This document shows, in pieces, positions 39,544-51,078 of a DNA stretch of 64,000 nucleotides (positions are counted from its first letter, which is position 1; each line of letters opens with the position of its first letter). The position numbers and the translations under genes were made by a program. The stretch comes from an uncultured Spirochaetota bacterium (GTDB taxonomy: Bacteria > Spirochaetota > Spirochaetia > SZUA-6 > Fen-1364). Location: assembly GCA_963820435.1 (NCBI GenBank), contig CAWGAC010000020.1:23523-87522 (forward strand). Direction: 5' to 3'. The notes beneath the pieces are model-generated. The model worked only from the letters and a program-made list of their open reading frames with translations. It was not told where the DNA came from and ran no database searches.

Positions 39544-40731
39544 CTACCATTTCAGCTTGTCGAGAGCCGCGCGGGCCGCTTTCTTCACCGCGCCGGTGTA
39601 ATTCAAATACTGCGTGTACATCAGGTCGTCAAACGCCACCTTGTCCGCGAGAGCCCCCAGGTTCTGCAGAATGGCCGTCACGACCAGGTCGTCATACGCC
39701 TTGCCTTTTTCAGTGTAAGAATTGACGATCACCAGGTACTGGGTGAGCCGCACTGCGGCCTCATGGGAGCTCATGGCGCCCAGGTCTCCTATAGCGTTCA
39801 GCAGGTGGTTGCGGTCCGAGAGGCCCTTGTCGAACTCGCCGATGGTCGTATCCAGGTGCTCGATGAGAAGCGGCGACGCGTGTGAATACTTTCGAGCTCC
39901 GAGGCTGTCCGCGGCCTGAAACCGGATGTCCCGCAGGAGCGCCTTCCCTGTCGAGTCCGAGGCGTTCAGGTGCAGCCCGACATCAAGGGCATATTCCGCG
40001 AGCTGGCCTATCTGATCGTCCGTGAGCTTGTCCGTGCCGAGAGCCATCTGGAGGGCAAGCTCTTTTTCCGGTATGGGCCGATCCCTGATCACCCCGAGGA
40101 GCATTTCCTTGAAATCGCCCTTGATGGCGAGGAGCGCTTCCTTTGCGATTGCCGAGATCTGGTCGGAGTACCCCCGGTTCATGGTACCGAACAGGGTGGA
40201 GAATGAGGAGGCATCGCCGATCTTTCCGAGCGCCTGGAGACAGGCCACCAGCACCGCGGCATCCGGCATCTTGCCCGAAGCGAATGAGGCATTCTGCGCT
40301 TCCACGTAATGGTTCAGGTTCGCGATGGTTTGCGCGTCCCCCGTCCCCAGGACCCCGAGCGCCGTGGCGGCCTTTGCGAGTGTCTGGGAATCCGAGGTTG
40401 TCTGAAAGAGCTTCCAGACGGCGTCCCGGCCCTGCGTATACCCGACAATACCCGTTTGCTCGGCACCAATGGCGGCAAGCTGGTTGAACCTCGCGTCAGT
40501 GGGAACGAGGCTCGAGTTGTCGATCACGAACTCCACGGCCTGCAGGAAAAGCGGTCCCATGGCGGACGCGGTCTTTCCCGCCGCCGCATCCTGGAGTATC
40601 TGGATCTTCACATCGAGGCTGCCGATAGCGAAGTTGCGGCGGAATGCATCCAGAAGCTTTTGCGCGTCCTGCGCCTGCGCGACGATCGACGCCGCAAGGA
40701 GCGCGATGCAAATGCACAGAGCACGTTTCAT
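39544..40731 (-). CDS. secreted hypothetical protein with HEAT-like helical repeats
   Basis: Signal peptide MKRALCICIALLAASIVAQA. All-alpha repeat architecture. Confidence 0.5.
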   Translation of the reverse strand: MKRALCICIALLAASIVAQAQDAQKLLDAFRRNFAIGSLDVKIQILQDAAAGKTASAMGPLFLQAVEFVIDNSSLVPTDARFNQLAAIGAEQTGIVGYTQGRDAVWKLFQTTSDSQTLAKAATALGVLGTGDAQTIANLNHYVEAQNASFASGKMPDAAVLVACLQALGKIGDASSFSTLFGTMNRGYSDQISAIAKEALLAIKGDFKEMLLGVIRDRPIPEKELALQMALGTDKLTDDQIGQLAEYALDVGLHLNASDSTGKALLRDIRFQAADSLGARKYSHASPLLIEHLDTTIGEFDKGLSDRNHLLNAIGDLGAMSSHEAAVRLTQYLVIVNSYTEKGKAYDDLVVTAILQNLGALADKVAFDDLMYTQYLNYTGAVKKAARAALDKLKW

Positions 40732-40823
40732 GCCTCTCCCTCCTGGGGGCTTTATCGATTTCAATACTATAATGATCGGACTCAATGTACAACCGGCTGC
40801 GGGACACGCGCGCGGCGCCTGAT

Positions 40824-41939
40824 TCAGGAGGCGCCTGACGCGGGTTTTGCCGCGGTCGAGGAAGCTTTGATTACAATCCCGTCTGATCCGCGGTCCTTTG
40901 CCTGACTATCCGGTTTCCGCACTGCGCCAGGAGTTTCCCGCTCGCCGAAAAGGTTGTAAACGTACGTGAGGACTCGATTGCGCGCGGTCGGGCTGAGGGG
41001 GTTCGCCTGCACGTGCAGGAGGGACCTGTTCTTTTTCTGATCGAAGTTGATCCCCTTCACAACCCCGCTCATGACCACCTGGTTGTCCCCGATGCTGAAC
41101 TGAACCTTGATCGGCAATCCTACTTTTGCCTTGCCGCCGATGAGCACCGCGAGCCCCCCCTCCGAAAGGTCCGCAAGCCGGCAGCGCAGCCCGCGCGCGC
41201 CTTCCGGGGTTTCGCTCGCTCCGTCGATGGTTTTCAACGGAAACAGCTCGGCAGGGATGTCGGCCTCCACCCGCACCGAGCTTCGCTTCTGGGCGCGAAT
41301 GAGGTTCTCGGAGTGCAGGATGTGCAGGATGGGGTACTGTTTGTCGAAAAAGTCATCAAGCACCTTTGTCTGGAAAAAATACCCTGCGTCCTCGGTTCGC
41401 CAGAAGTACACGCCGATTTTCTGGTTCTTCCACGAAAAGCCCTCCGGAAGCTTCGGGCCCTGCGGGTAGGACACCGCAAGGTAGCGGCCGAGGATTTCCA
41501 CGACAATGGACCCGAAAGGACCGATGCCGGGGAGCGTGATGCGCAGGCTCTGCTTGGGTTGAAGCTTGCGCGTGCTCTTGATGCCGAGCTTGTACTTGGG
41601 TTGATCGAACTCGACCCTCTTGCGCAGCTCGAAAAGCTTCGCAAGCAGGAGGTTGTACTCGGGATCCTGTTCCTGGGACCGGGACCTGTACCTTATGATG
41701 GTGCCCTTGAGAGACCGATCGAGCTGCTTGATGGACCAGAAGAGCGCCGTCGGGTTGTCGAGCTTCGCCTCCACCGCCACGCGGCGCAGCAGGTTGATTT
41801 CGCGGAACACAAAGCCCGACTCCCGGCCCTTAAGGTAGAATTGGAGCCAGGGAAACTTGCCGCCGCCCGCCCTGCGCAGAAGAATGATGGCGAGCACCGC
41901 TAAGAAAGCTATGGCGAGGAGGACAACCACGAATAACAT
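40824..41939 (-). CDS. membrane-anchored PilZ-domain protein (c-di-GMP receptor family)
   Basis: N-terminal TM segment. C-terminal PilZ motifs (RSSVRVEADIP...DLSEGGLAV). Confidence 0.65.
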   Translation of the reverse strand: MLFVVVLLAIAFLAVLAIILLRRAGGGKFPWLQFYLKGRESGFVFREINLLRRVAVEAKLDNPTALFWSIKQLDRSLKGTIIRYRSRSQEQDPEYNLLLAKLFELRKRVEFDQPKYKLGIKSTRKLQPKQSLRITLPGIGPFGSIVVEILGRYLAVSYPQGPKLPEGFSWKNQKIGVYFWRTEDAGYFFQTKVLDDFFDKQYPILHILHSENLIRAQKRSSVRVEADIPAELFPLKTIDGASETPEGARGLRCRLADLSEGGLAVLIGGKAKVGLPIKVQFSIGDNQVVMSGVVKGINFDQKKNRSLLHVQANPLSPTARNRVLTYVYNLFGERETPGAVRKPDSQAKDRGSDGIVIKASSTAAKPASGAS

Positions 41940-42004
41940 ATCGCTTCTGTAATTATCGTGAAAAAAGACCTATATTTCCATACAATTTGAAGGAAATGGT
42001 GTAA

Positions 42005-42715
42005 ATGAAACCTTCGCGCCTTCTCCTGGAGATGTCCCTCTTCTTCCTGGCGTTTTTCTTGCCGGGCTATCTTGCCCAGACGCACCCGCCCGCTGCGGGT
42101 CCCGCGTCCACCCTCGCGATGCTCCAGGTCATCGTGACGGGACTACCTCAATTCATGCTCATGGCCTACGTTGCCACGCTTTCCGTTGGAAAAGCCCCTC
42201 GCAACTGGGGACTCGTTGCGATGGAGACACGGGACGGGCTCAGGATCCTTGTTCTCCTCTTCGGCTGCTTCGTCGTTATCGCGCCCTTCGTGGCTCTCGC
42301 TCTCGCGCTGCCTCCCCGATTCAGCAAGTCACTCACTCTGGGGTATCGCTGGGGGCTCTTGAGCGCGGCGCAGGCCCCTGTTGCCCTGTTGTTCGGTCTC
42401 ACGGTCGGTTACAAGGAGGAGTTCTTTTTCCGCTCCTACCTGCTGGGCAGGCTCGGACAGCTCGGAGTTCCCGTCCCGATCGCGGCAATCGCCTCGACAG
42501 CGCTGTTCAGCCTCGGCCACATTTATGAGGGGCCGCTGGGGGTCGCCATCACGGCGGCGCTGGGCGCACTTTTCGCCGCGGTCTACATCCGCAGGCCGAA
42601 TCTGCACGTCATCGCGATTGCCCACGGCATGTACAACGCGATTGTGCTGTGGCTGAGCCTTCTGATTCCCAGCTCGTTGCCCGCCGCAGCCGGAAACCTT
42701 ATCTTCCGTCCATGA
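42005..42715 (+). CDS. CPBP-family intramembrane metalloprotease (CAAX protease/Abi)
   Basis: EEFFFRSYLLGRL (EExxxR) and FSLGH motifs. 236 aa. Confidence 0.8.
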   Translation: MKPSRLLLEMSLFFLAFFLPGYLAQTHPPAAGPASTLAMLQVIVTGLPQFMLMAYVATLSVGKAPRNWGLVAMETRDGLRILVLLFGCFVVIAPFVALALALPPRFSKSLTLGYRWGLLSAAQAPVALLFGLTVGYKEEFFFRSYLLGRLGQLGVPVPIAAIASTALFSLGHIYEGPLGVAITAALGALFAAVYIRRPNLHVIAIAHGMYNAIVLWLSLLIPSSLPAAAGNLIFRP

Positions 42716-43362
42716 TGCGAAAACCAGCGCTGCTTCTCCTGCCGGGGTTCGCCGTTCTTTTTCTCCTGGCCTGCGCCCCGAAACAGGCCCCTGCGGGGGC
42801 AAGCCGGAATGGAGCGGAAAGTGCATCGGTTTCTGCAGCACCGGACCCTTCCACGGCGGAACAGGGTTCACGCAGCGCCGCGCCGGGGAGCGTCAATGAA
42901 ATGCTCCTGAAAGCGGGATTTGCGGTGCCGAAAGCGGAGATTGCGGCATCGGATTTTACGCTCGAGTCTCTGGACGGCAAGAACGTAAGCCTCGCTTCCT
43001 TCAAGGGATCGCTTGTTTTCCTGAGTTTCTGGGCAACCTGGTGCGGACCCTGCAAGCAGGAGCTTCCCTCGGTCCAGGCGCTCTACGACAAGCTGAAGAG
43101 CAAAGGTTTCATCGTCGTGGCCGTGGACGTCATGGAAGAAAATAAGACCGTCAGCGTTTTCGTGAAGGCCAACCGCATGACTTTTCCCGTGCTTCTCGAT
43201 GCGGACGGCAAGGTGGGCGGGGAATACGATGCGCGCAGCATTCCCACGAATTACCTCCTCGATCGCAAGGGAAAGATCCTGGCCCGAATCGTGGGCTTTG
43301 ACGGTACGCTCTGGGACAGCCCCGAGCGGGTCGCGCTCTTCGAGAAGCTCCTCGCGATGTAG
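42712..43362 (+). CDS. TlpA/ResA-like thiol-disulfide oxidoreductase (thioredoxin fold, secreted)
   Basis: ATGA overlap with the upstream gene. Signal peptide MMRKPALLLLPGFAVLFLLACA. WCGPC active site. Confidence 0.85.
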   Translation: MMRKPALLLLPGFAVLFLLACAPKQAPAGASRNGAESASVSAAPDPSTAEQGSRSAAPGSVNEMLLKAGFAVPKAEIAASDFTLESLDGKNVSLASFKGSLVFLSFWATWCGPCKQELPSVQALYDKLKSKGFIVVAVDVMEENKTVSVFVKANRMTFPVLLDADGKVGGEYDARSIPTNYLLDRKGKILARIVGFDGTLWDSPERVALFEKLLAM

Positions 43363-43444
43363 GACGCCGCAGCAGCCTCAGCCTTTACACGCCCTCCTCT
43401 CCGTTGTATCACTGTAGCCTACTCTCGACGACCAGGAGGCAGTT

Positions 43445-44645
43445 TTGGACATCTTTGAAAAATGCTTCACCTGGGAGGAAGCAGAGGAAGCCCGAGGAAA
43501 AGGGATGTACCCGTACTTCATCCCCATCCAGGAAAGCCGCGGCACGCGCGTGGTCATGGAAGGCAAGGAGCTCATCATGGCGGGCTCCAACAACTACCTG
43601 GGGCTTTCCTGGGACCCGCGGGTGAAGGAAGCCGCGATCGAGGCCACGCGGAAATGGGGCACGAGCTGCTCCGGCTCCCGGTTCCTCAACGGCACCCTCG
43701 CCCTGCACGAGGAGCTGGAGGCGCGGCTGGCGCACTTCGTGGGCAGGGAGCGCGCGCTGTGCTTCACCACCGGCTACCAGACCAACCTCGGCGCAATCTC
43801 CGCCCTCGTCGGGCAAGGACGAGCACATCTTCTCCGACAAGCTCAACCACGCCTCGATCATGGACGGCATTTTCCTCGCGGCGGGGATGCGCGGCAAGGT
43901 GCGCGTGCACCGCTACCTGCACAACAACATGGAGAGCCTGGAGAAGTTCCTCGCCGAGGAGCCCCGCGACGCGCCGAAGCTGGTCGTCACGGACGGCGTC
44001 TTCAGCATGGAGGGGGACATCGTGAAGCTCCCCCGGTTGAAGGAGCTGTGCACGCAGTACGGCGCGCGGCTGTACCTCGACGAGGCGCATGCGCTGGGCG
44101 TGCTGGGAAAGACGCGGCAGCGGCACCGAAGAGCATTACGGGCGTCGGCAATCACGCCGACGTGGTGATGTGCACGTTCTCGAAGTCCTTCGGCTCTCTC
44201 GGCGGGTTCGTGGCGGGTGACGACGACGTGATCGACTACATCAAGCACATGGCCCGGCCTCTCATCTTCAGCGCGAGCATGCCGCCCGCCACCATCGCCT
44301 CGGTGGGCGCCTGCCTTGAAATCATCGAGAAAGAGCCCGAGCGGGTGCAGCAGGCTGCAGGCCATCGGCCGCAAGATGGTGGCAGGGTTCAAGTCGCTGG
44401 GCTTCAACGTCGGCAGCGCGGAAACGCCCATCGTGCCGCTCCTCATCGGGGACATGGAAAAGACACTTCTCTTCTGGCGCGCCCTGTTCGACGGCGGGGT
44501 CTTCACCAATCCCGTGCTCAGCCCCGCCGTGCCGCCCGACAGCACCCTCATCCGCACCTCCTACATGGCAATCCACACGGACGAGGAGCTCGACCGAATC
44601 CTGGAGGTCGCCGGCAAAGCGGGGAAGAAGCTGGGGATTATCTAG
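43445..44645 (+). CDS. PLP-dependent alpha-oxoamine synthase (serine palmitoyltransferase / KBL / BioF family), at least 4 frameshifts
   Basis: N-terminus [34 protein letters not shown]. Fragments in ORFs 43860..44168, 43462.. and 44316..44645 (C-terminal [25 protein letters not shown]). Confidence 0.7.
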
Positions 44646-44723
44646 CCAGGGACGGCGAAGGCGCGCGAGTACAGGGACGGCGTTCGCGCCGAACGGGTAC
44701 TCCCGTATGCACGGGAGCGCGCC

Positions 44724-46572
44724 TTAGAAGAAGTCCCTCAGGCGCTGCAGGAGGCTCTTCCTGCGCGCCTCTTCCTCGTGAAAGACGCCGAGGCTGAGGA
44801 ACTTCTGGTGCCGCTGCGCCAGGAGGGATTCCACGCTCCTGCGGGAGAGCACGGCGAGCGAGGTCAGGATGTCCGCCTTGAGCGCCGCGGCCGCGCCGCC
44901 CGGGTCCTTGTGCGCGCCCACCTGCGGCTCCGACACGATCCTGTCGACCACGCGGAAGCGCAGCAGGTCCCGGGGGGTGAGCTTCAGCAGGGCCGCGGCC
45001 TCCCGGGCCTTGCCGGAATCCCGCAGCAGGATCGACGCGCACCCCTCGGGCGTGATGACCGAGTAGTACGCGTTCTCCATCATGAGCACGATGTCCGCCA
45101 CGCCGATGCCGATGGCGCCGCCCGAGCCGCCCTCGCCGAGGATCGTGGCGATGATGGGCACGGGCAGGACCGAGAACTCCTTCATGTTGAGCGCGATGGC
45201 CTGGCTGATGCCGCGATCCTCGCCGGATACTCCCGGGTACGCCCCCGGAGTGTCGATGAAGGTGAGGATGGGCCTGCCGAACTTCGCCGCCTGCCGCGCA
45301 AGCCGCAGCGCCTTGCGGTATCCCTCGGGGTGGGCCATGCCGAAGTTGCGCTTCAGGTTGTCCTTCATGTTCTGGCCCTTCTGCGTGGCCGAAGAACGTG
45401 ACGGGCATGCCGTTGAGCAGCGCGATGCCGCCCACCATCGCGGGGTCGTCCCCGAAGTTCCGGTCGCCGTGCAGCTCGAGAAAATCGTCGAAGATCAGCT
45501 CCGCGTACTGCAGGGTCGTCGGCCGCTCGGGGTGCCGGGCCAGCTCGACGCGCCGCCAGGCTTCGTTCTCCGGTGCAGGGACGGGCGGGAGCTGGAGCTT
45601 GAGCTCCAGCTCGGCCAGCTCGCGGCTGATGTCGACGTTGGACTTCTCCGCCAGGCCCTTCAGCTCGAGGAGCTTGTCGCGAAGCGTGTTTTCGCTCATG
45701 TCCTGCCCCCTTGCGGCGCGAGCGTGGGTTTTCAGCAGGAACCCGAGCGTCTTTTTCAGCTCCTTGCGCGGCACCACCAGGTCGATGAAACCCCTCTCGT
45801 AGTGGTACTGCGAGAGCGGGAAGTTCTCCGGCACCTTCTCTCGGATGGTCCCGGCGACGACGCGCGCCCCCGCGAACCGCATCAGCGCGCCGGGCTCGGC
45901 GAGGGTGACGTCCCCCAGCATGGCAAAGGAGGCGAGCACCCCCGCGGTGGTCGGGTCGGTGAGGACCACGAAATACGGACAGCGGCTCTTTTCCAGCGCC
46001 TGCGTGGCCACGGCCGTCTTGGCCATCTGCATGAGGGACAGGATGCCTTCCTGCATGCGCGCGCCGCCCGAGGCGGTGAAGACGATGACCGGCAGCTTCT
46101 TCTCCGCGCCGACCAGCATGGCGCGCATGATCTTCTCCCCGACCACCGATCCCATGCTCCCGCCGATGAACCGGAAGTCCATCACCGCCAGCACGACTTC
46201 CTGGCCGTCGACTTTGCACAGCCCGGAGACCACAGCCTCCTTGACACCGGTCTTTCAGTGCCGCGGCGGCTAGCTTCTGCTCGTAGTCGGGGAACTCCAG
46301 CGGATTGGCCGTCTCGATGTCCGCGGACAGCTCCTGGAACACGCCCTCGTCAGCGGTAAAGCGGATCCGCTCCCACGCGGTGAGCCGGAAGTGGTGCTGG
46401 CAGTGCGGGACAGGTGTAGAGGGTCGCCTCCAGCTCATGGGCCGCCGAGGGGCCGATGGCAGGAGGGGCAGGAGTTCTTCTCGTCGATGAACGAGCGTTC
46501 ATCGCGCTTCTTCTGGACCGGGTGCTCGATGAGATCCCGGATCCAGCCCTGGATCCCTTTGGAATTACTCAC
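44724..46572 (-). CDS. accDA: acetyl-CoA carboxylase carboxyltransferase, fused beta (AccD) + alpha (AccA) subunits, frameshifted at several sites
   Basis: GTG start at 46572 with an AGGAGGG RBS. AccD Zn-finger CPHCQHHF. The AccD C-terminus runs without a stop into the AccA N-terminus ([31 protein letters not shown]) in ORF 44638..46233. AccA C-terminus is ORF 44724..45368. Confidence 0.75.
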
Positions 46573-47897
46573 AGGCCGCCCTCCTTGAGGATCTCCCCGA
46601 GAAAGCCCGTCCCGTACTCCCCCTTGCGGAATACCGGGTGCGAGACGATCTTTTTCTGCGACTCGATGTTGGTGGCGATTCCCTCGATCACCAGCTCCGA
46701 CAGCGCCCGCTCCATCCGCCGCAGCCCTTCGGCGCGGGTGCGGCCCGTCACGATGAGCTTTGCCACCAGGTGATCATACCACGGGGGCACCTGGTAGCCC
46801 GGGTAGAGGAAGGTGTCCATCCGCACGCCGAAACCTCCGGGGCTCATGAACTGGGTCACCCGGCCCGCCGAGCGCGCGTTGATGCGGCACTCCACCGCGT
46901 ACGCGCCCAGGCGCACGTCCTCCTGCGCGAATCTCCAGCGATTCGTCGCTTGCCGCGAGGATCTGCTGGCGGATGATATCCACGCCGGTGACCATCTCCG
47001 AGACGGGGTGCTCCACCTGCACCCGCGCATTCACTTCCATGAAGTAGTGCTCGCCGTCCTTGACCAGGAACTCGACGGTGCCTGCGCCCGTATAGCCCAT
47101 GCCCGCCGAGGAGGCGCACGGCGTCACTCTCCCATGCGCTCCCGCAGGGCGGCGCTCACGGCGGGAGAGGGGCTTTCCTCGACAAGCTTCTGGTGGTTCT
47201 GCTGCACCGTGCAGTCCCGCTCCCCCAGGTGCACGACGTTGCCCGAGCGGTCCGCGACGATCTGGATCTCCACGTGGCGCGGGTTCTCCAGGTAGCGCTC
47301 CAGGTAGACGGTGCCGTCGGAAAAAGCCTTTTCCGCTTCATGCGAGGCGATGGCCAGAACATCGGCCAGCTCATTGCCGCTCCGCACGATGCGCATCCCT
47401 TTCCCGCCGCCGCCGGCAGCCGCCTTCACGATCATCGGGTAGCCGATCTCCGCTGCGGCAGACAGCGCCTCATCAGCGTCGCTCACCGACCCGGCGCTTC
47501 CGGGAATGACCGGGATGCCCAGCTCCTGCGCGGATCGCTTTGCGCGGATCTTGTCTCCGAGGAGCTCGATCACCTCGGGATCGGGACCCACGAAGATGAG
47601 ACCCGCTTCGCGCACGTCCCGGGCAAAGGCGGCGTTCTCCGCCAGGAAACCGACACCGGGGTGCAGAGCGTCGCAGCCGCTGAGCACGCCGGCGGTGACG
47701 AGATTCCGTACGTTGAGATAGCTGTCGCGGGCCGGGGCCGGACCGACGCAGACATGGTCGTCCGCGAGCCTCACCGGCAGCGAGTCCCTGTCCGCCTGGG
47801 AATAGGCGACAACGGTCCGTATGCCCATCTCCCGGCAGGTACGGATGATCCGTACGGCAATCTCCCCGCGGTTGGCGATGAGCAGGCTCTGGATCAT
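46569..47897 (-). CDS. accC: biotin carboxylase, frameshifted near 47127 and ~46980
   Basis: [27 protein letters not shown]-terminus and an ATP-grasp core (ORF 47124..48398, 3' part). The C-terminal domain is in ORFs 46774..47127 and 46569..47030. Confidence 0.85.
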
Positions 47898-48338
47898 ACC
47901 CTGCGCACCTCGAAGAGGGGCGCGCCGAACTCGACCATCTTCCCGTTCTCCGCGAGGATGGCGACGATCTCCAGGTCGAACTCCGCCTGGAACTCGTTCA
48001 TCAGCTTCATCGCCTCCAGGATGCAGAGGGGTTTTCCCTTTTTGCACCGTGTCGCCTTTTTCGACGAAAGGCGGCGCATCCGGCGCAGCGGCACGGTAGA
48101 AGGTGCCGACAAGCGGAGAGCGGATGACTTCAGTATCAGATGCCTGCTTGACGTGCGGCTCGACGATCGGGGCCCGGGTCTCGTGCGCGGCGTACGCAAC
48201 AGGCATTGTCAGGGGAGCCTGCGGCGCGGACACGACTTTTTTCAGCGCCACTTCCTCTCCGTCTTTCTTGAACACCAGCTCGGAGAGCCCGCTTTTTTCG
48301 AATCGCTCCATCAGGGCGTACAATTCCTTTATTTCCAT
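47894..48338 (-). CDS. accB: biotin carboxyl carrier protein, frameshifted
   Basis: MEIKELYALMERFEKSGLSELVFKKDGEEV N-terminus. Biotinyl domain with the EAMKLMN lysine motif in ORF 47894..48199. The stop overlaps the accC start. Confidence 0.75.
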
Positions 48339-48509
48339 GGCCGTTCCCCCTATCCGGGTCCAGTCAACCCGCGCGCCGGTCACGTTGTACCGTGACATTT
48401 TTAGTTTTTATCTATGACAAGAATAGTCGGAAATTAGCATGTGCCCCCTGCTCTGTCAATTCGACACGCGCTCTTTCCATTCACCGCCGGGCCGTGATAG
48501 GCTTCCGGC

Positions 48510-48929
48510 ATGACCGACATCAAAACCCTCCTCCCCCACCGCGAGCCTTTCCTTTTCGTCGACCGGATCGAAAAAGCGGACAAGGAAGAAATCATCGGGT
48601 ACAGGCGGTTCACGGAAGGCGAGTTCTTTTTTCCGGGCCATTTCCCCACGTATCCGGTCGTGCCGGGCGTGATTCTCATCGAGACCCTCGCGCAGTGCGG
48701 CGGCGCGGGCGCGCGCATGATCTCGGACAACCCCGGTCTCTTTTCTGGCGGCCGTGGAGAAGGCGAAGTTCCGCGCCAGGTCAAGCCCGGCGAGGAAGTG
48801 CGCCTGGTCATCACGAATCTTCGCCTGAGCAGGTCGATGGTCCGGCAGTCGGGCAAGGCCTACGTCGGGGATGAGCTTGCGGCCGAAGCCGAATGGCTCG
48901 GCCTGATTGGAGATGGCACTCGCTCCTGA
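48510..48929 (+). CDS. fabZ: 3-hydroxyacyl-ACP dehydratase
   Basis: HREPFLFVDRI...GHFPTYPVVPGVILIETLAQ. The correct peptide (LAAVEKAKFR) is briefly in another frame around 48740-48790, with compensating indels. Confidence 0.85.
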   Translation: MTDIKTLLPHREPFLFVDRIEKADKEEIIGYRRFTEGEFFFPGHFPTYPVVPGVILIETLAQCGGAGARMISDNPGLFSGGRGEGEVPRQVKPGEEVRLVITNLRLSRSMVRQSGKAYVGDELAAEAEWLGLIGDGTRS

Positions 48930-48939
48930 CAACGGCACC

Positions 48940-50936
48940 TCACCCGTGCCGCGCGATCATGCGGGCGGGTTCTCGGCGACTCCCCCGGGAGCGGGAATGC
49001 CGTCCTGCTCGACCGATTCCACCGCTTCGGCCTCCGCAATGTTTTCGATGGTATCCACGATCCCCGCGGCATCCCGCGTCGGCAGGAACTGCTCGCCGCC
49101 CGGCGTGACGGTCCCCGTCGACTCCTCCCTGCAGCTTGAGGGTCTCGCCGAACCACGAGAATGCGGCGGCCAGGCGGTCCGTCATCTGGCGCATGTCGTG
49201 CGACACCTCGAGGATCGACCGGATGAGCGTGTCCACGCCGGCCAGCCCGTCCTGGATGTCCGTGTGCGCCCGGCTCACGTCCTCGAGGGCGCGCGAGTTG
49301 TCCGCGATCATGGTGCGGATCTCCTCGCTCCGCTTCATGATCTCGGAGAATCCCGTGCCCAGCCCCTTGATCCTGTCGACGCCCTTCTCCACGCCGCGGT
49401 TGGTGTCCTTGATCACCGCGCTGACCTGGTCGGACACGGTGCGCGTGAGGTCCGCGAGCTTGCGGATCTCCTGCGCGACGACGGAGAAGCCCTTCCCCGC
49501 CGTCGCCCGCCTTCGCCGCCTCGATGGAGGCGTTGAGGGAAAGCATGTGCGTCTTCTCCGCGATGCCGATGATCTGGCTCACCGCCTTGCGGATGACGAT
49601 GGACCGCTGGTAGAGCGCCTCCATTTCTCGGCAGCGTCTCCTGGATCTGCGCGTTGAAGCTCGTGATCAGGCCGTCCACCTGCTCCGTGTAGCCGAGGAT
49701 GTCCTTTTCCTTGGCCACGACCCGCGATTCGCCGGTGCCCGCGTCCTCGAGGGAAACGATGAGCCCGCCGATCGTGAAGGACTGCTTCTGCGCGCTCTCC
49801 AGGAGCTTCCCGGAAAGCTTCATGATGTCGATGTTGCGTTTTTCCAGCAGCTCCTTGCCCTCGCGGATCCGCTCGATCATCTCCCAGTCGCTCTCGATCC
49901 TCTCGATCAGCTCCTGGCTGGTCTGCCGGTACATGGCTTGCGTGCGGGAAAGCTCGCTCAGGAGCAGGGTTCCCTCGAAGAGCGGGATGAGGAGGCCGGG
50001 GAGGAAGGAGAAGAGCCCGAGCCGGGGGAGAAAAAAGTCGGCAAAAACCCCGCCGCCGAGGACGAGGAACAGCGTGATTCCCAGGGCGAACGGCAGCAGC
50101 GCGCGCCGCAAGCCTGCCTTGAGCCTGCCGACCAGGCACATCAGGGCAAGAACGGCGAACGAGGCGGCCAGGACGGCACGCGCGGCGGTTCCCGCGATCT
50201 CCATGACGTCCGCACGCGTGGAAACCACGACGACGCATGCGGCCAGGAACGGCGGGAGGACGAGCGGGAGGAGGAAGCGCAGGCGCGCGGCCTTCAACAG
50301 CTCGAGCGTTGCCTGCACGAGGAAAAGCGCAGTGAGGAAAAATGCGACGATACCGAGCTTCAGGGCGAGCACCGGCGAGATGAACCCCACGACGTACGAA
50401 GGCAGGACTTCCGATGCGGCATTCGCGATAAGGGCGAAAACAAGAAAGAGCGTCTCCCGCGAGCGCTGGCGGACGAAGAGCGCAAGAAATTGAAGGGACA
50501 ACAGCAGCGAAAGAAGTCCCGCAAAGACCCGCAGCGGCACCACGGGCAGATTGAGGAGCGCGAGCCGCGCGGTCAGGCCCTCCAGGGGGACGATCATCAG
50601 CACAGGCGGGGAGGAAGTGGCGGGCGACTGCACCAGGCGAACCGTCACCACGTGCCTACTCACGGAATCCGACTGCGGAAGCAGGTAGCCGCGGTACTCC
50701 GGCACCCCGCCGATTGCCGGCCGACCAATGATCCGGCCGTCGAAGGAGATCTCTTCCGCTTCCGCGGTCGGACCCACCACGAGCGCGAATTGCCCCGACG
50801 CGAGGGATCCTTCGCTTTGCAGCCCGACACCGGGGCCTGCGACCGCAGCGGGAGTCCACGCCGCGCCCAGATCGGCAGCGGCGAGCGGCGTGAGGGCGGC
50901 CAACAGGAGGAGTGAGATCGGCAGGAGTTTTCTCAT
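48940..50936 (-). CDS. methyl-accepting chemotaxis protein with N-terminal signal peptide + 7TM-type membrane domain, frameshifted in the signalling domain
   Basis: ATG at 50936 with an AGGAG RBS. Signal peptide, then 7 hydrophobic segments. MCP signature HMLSLNASIEAAKAG in ORF 48860..49624 and the C-terminus in ORF 48940..49437. Confidence 0.8.
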
Positions 50937-51078
50937 CAAAGGCTCCTGAAGCATAGTATAGAGAGAAACACTGCTCAATGAAAGACGAGGGTATGCGGCA
51001 CCTTCCACGGTCAATCGACGCGTGCCAACCCGACCCCGATTTGACAGCCGGCAGCCGCGGTAGTACCGTTATAAGGTC

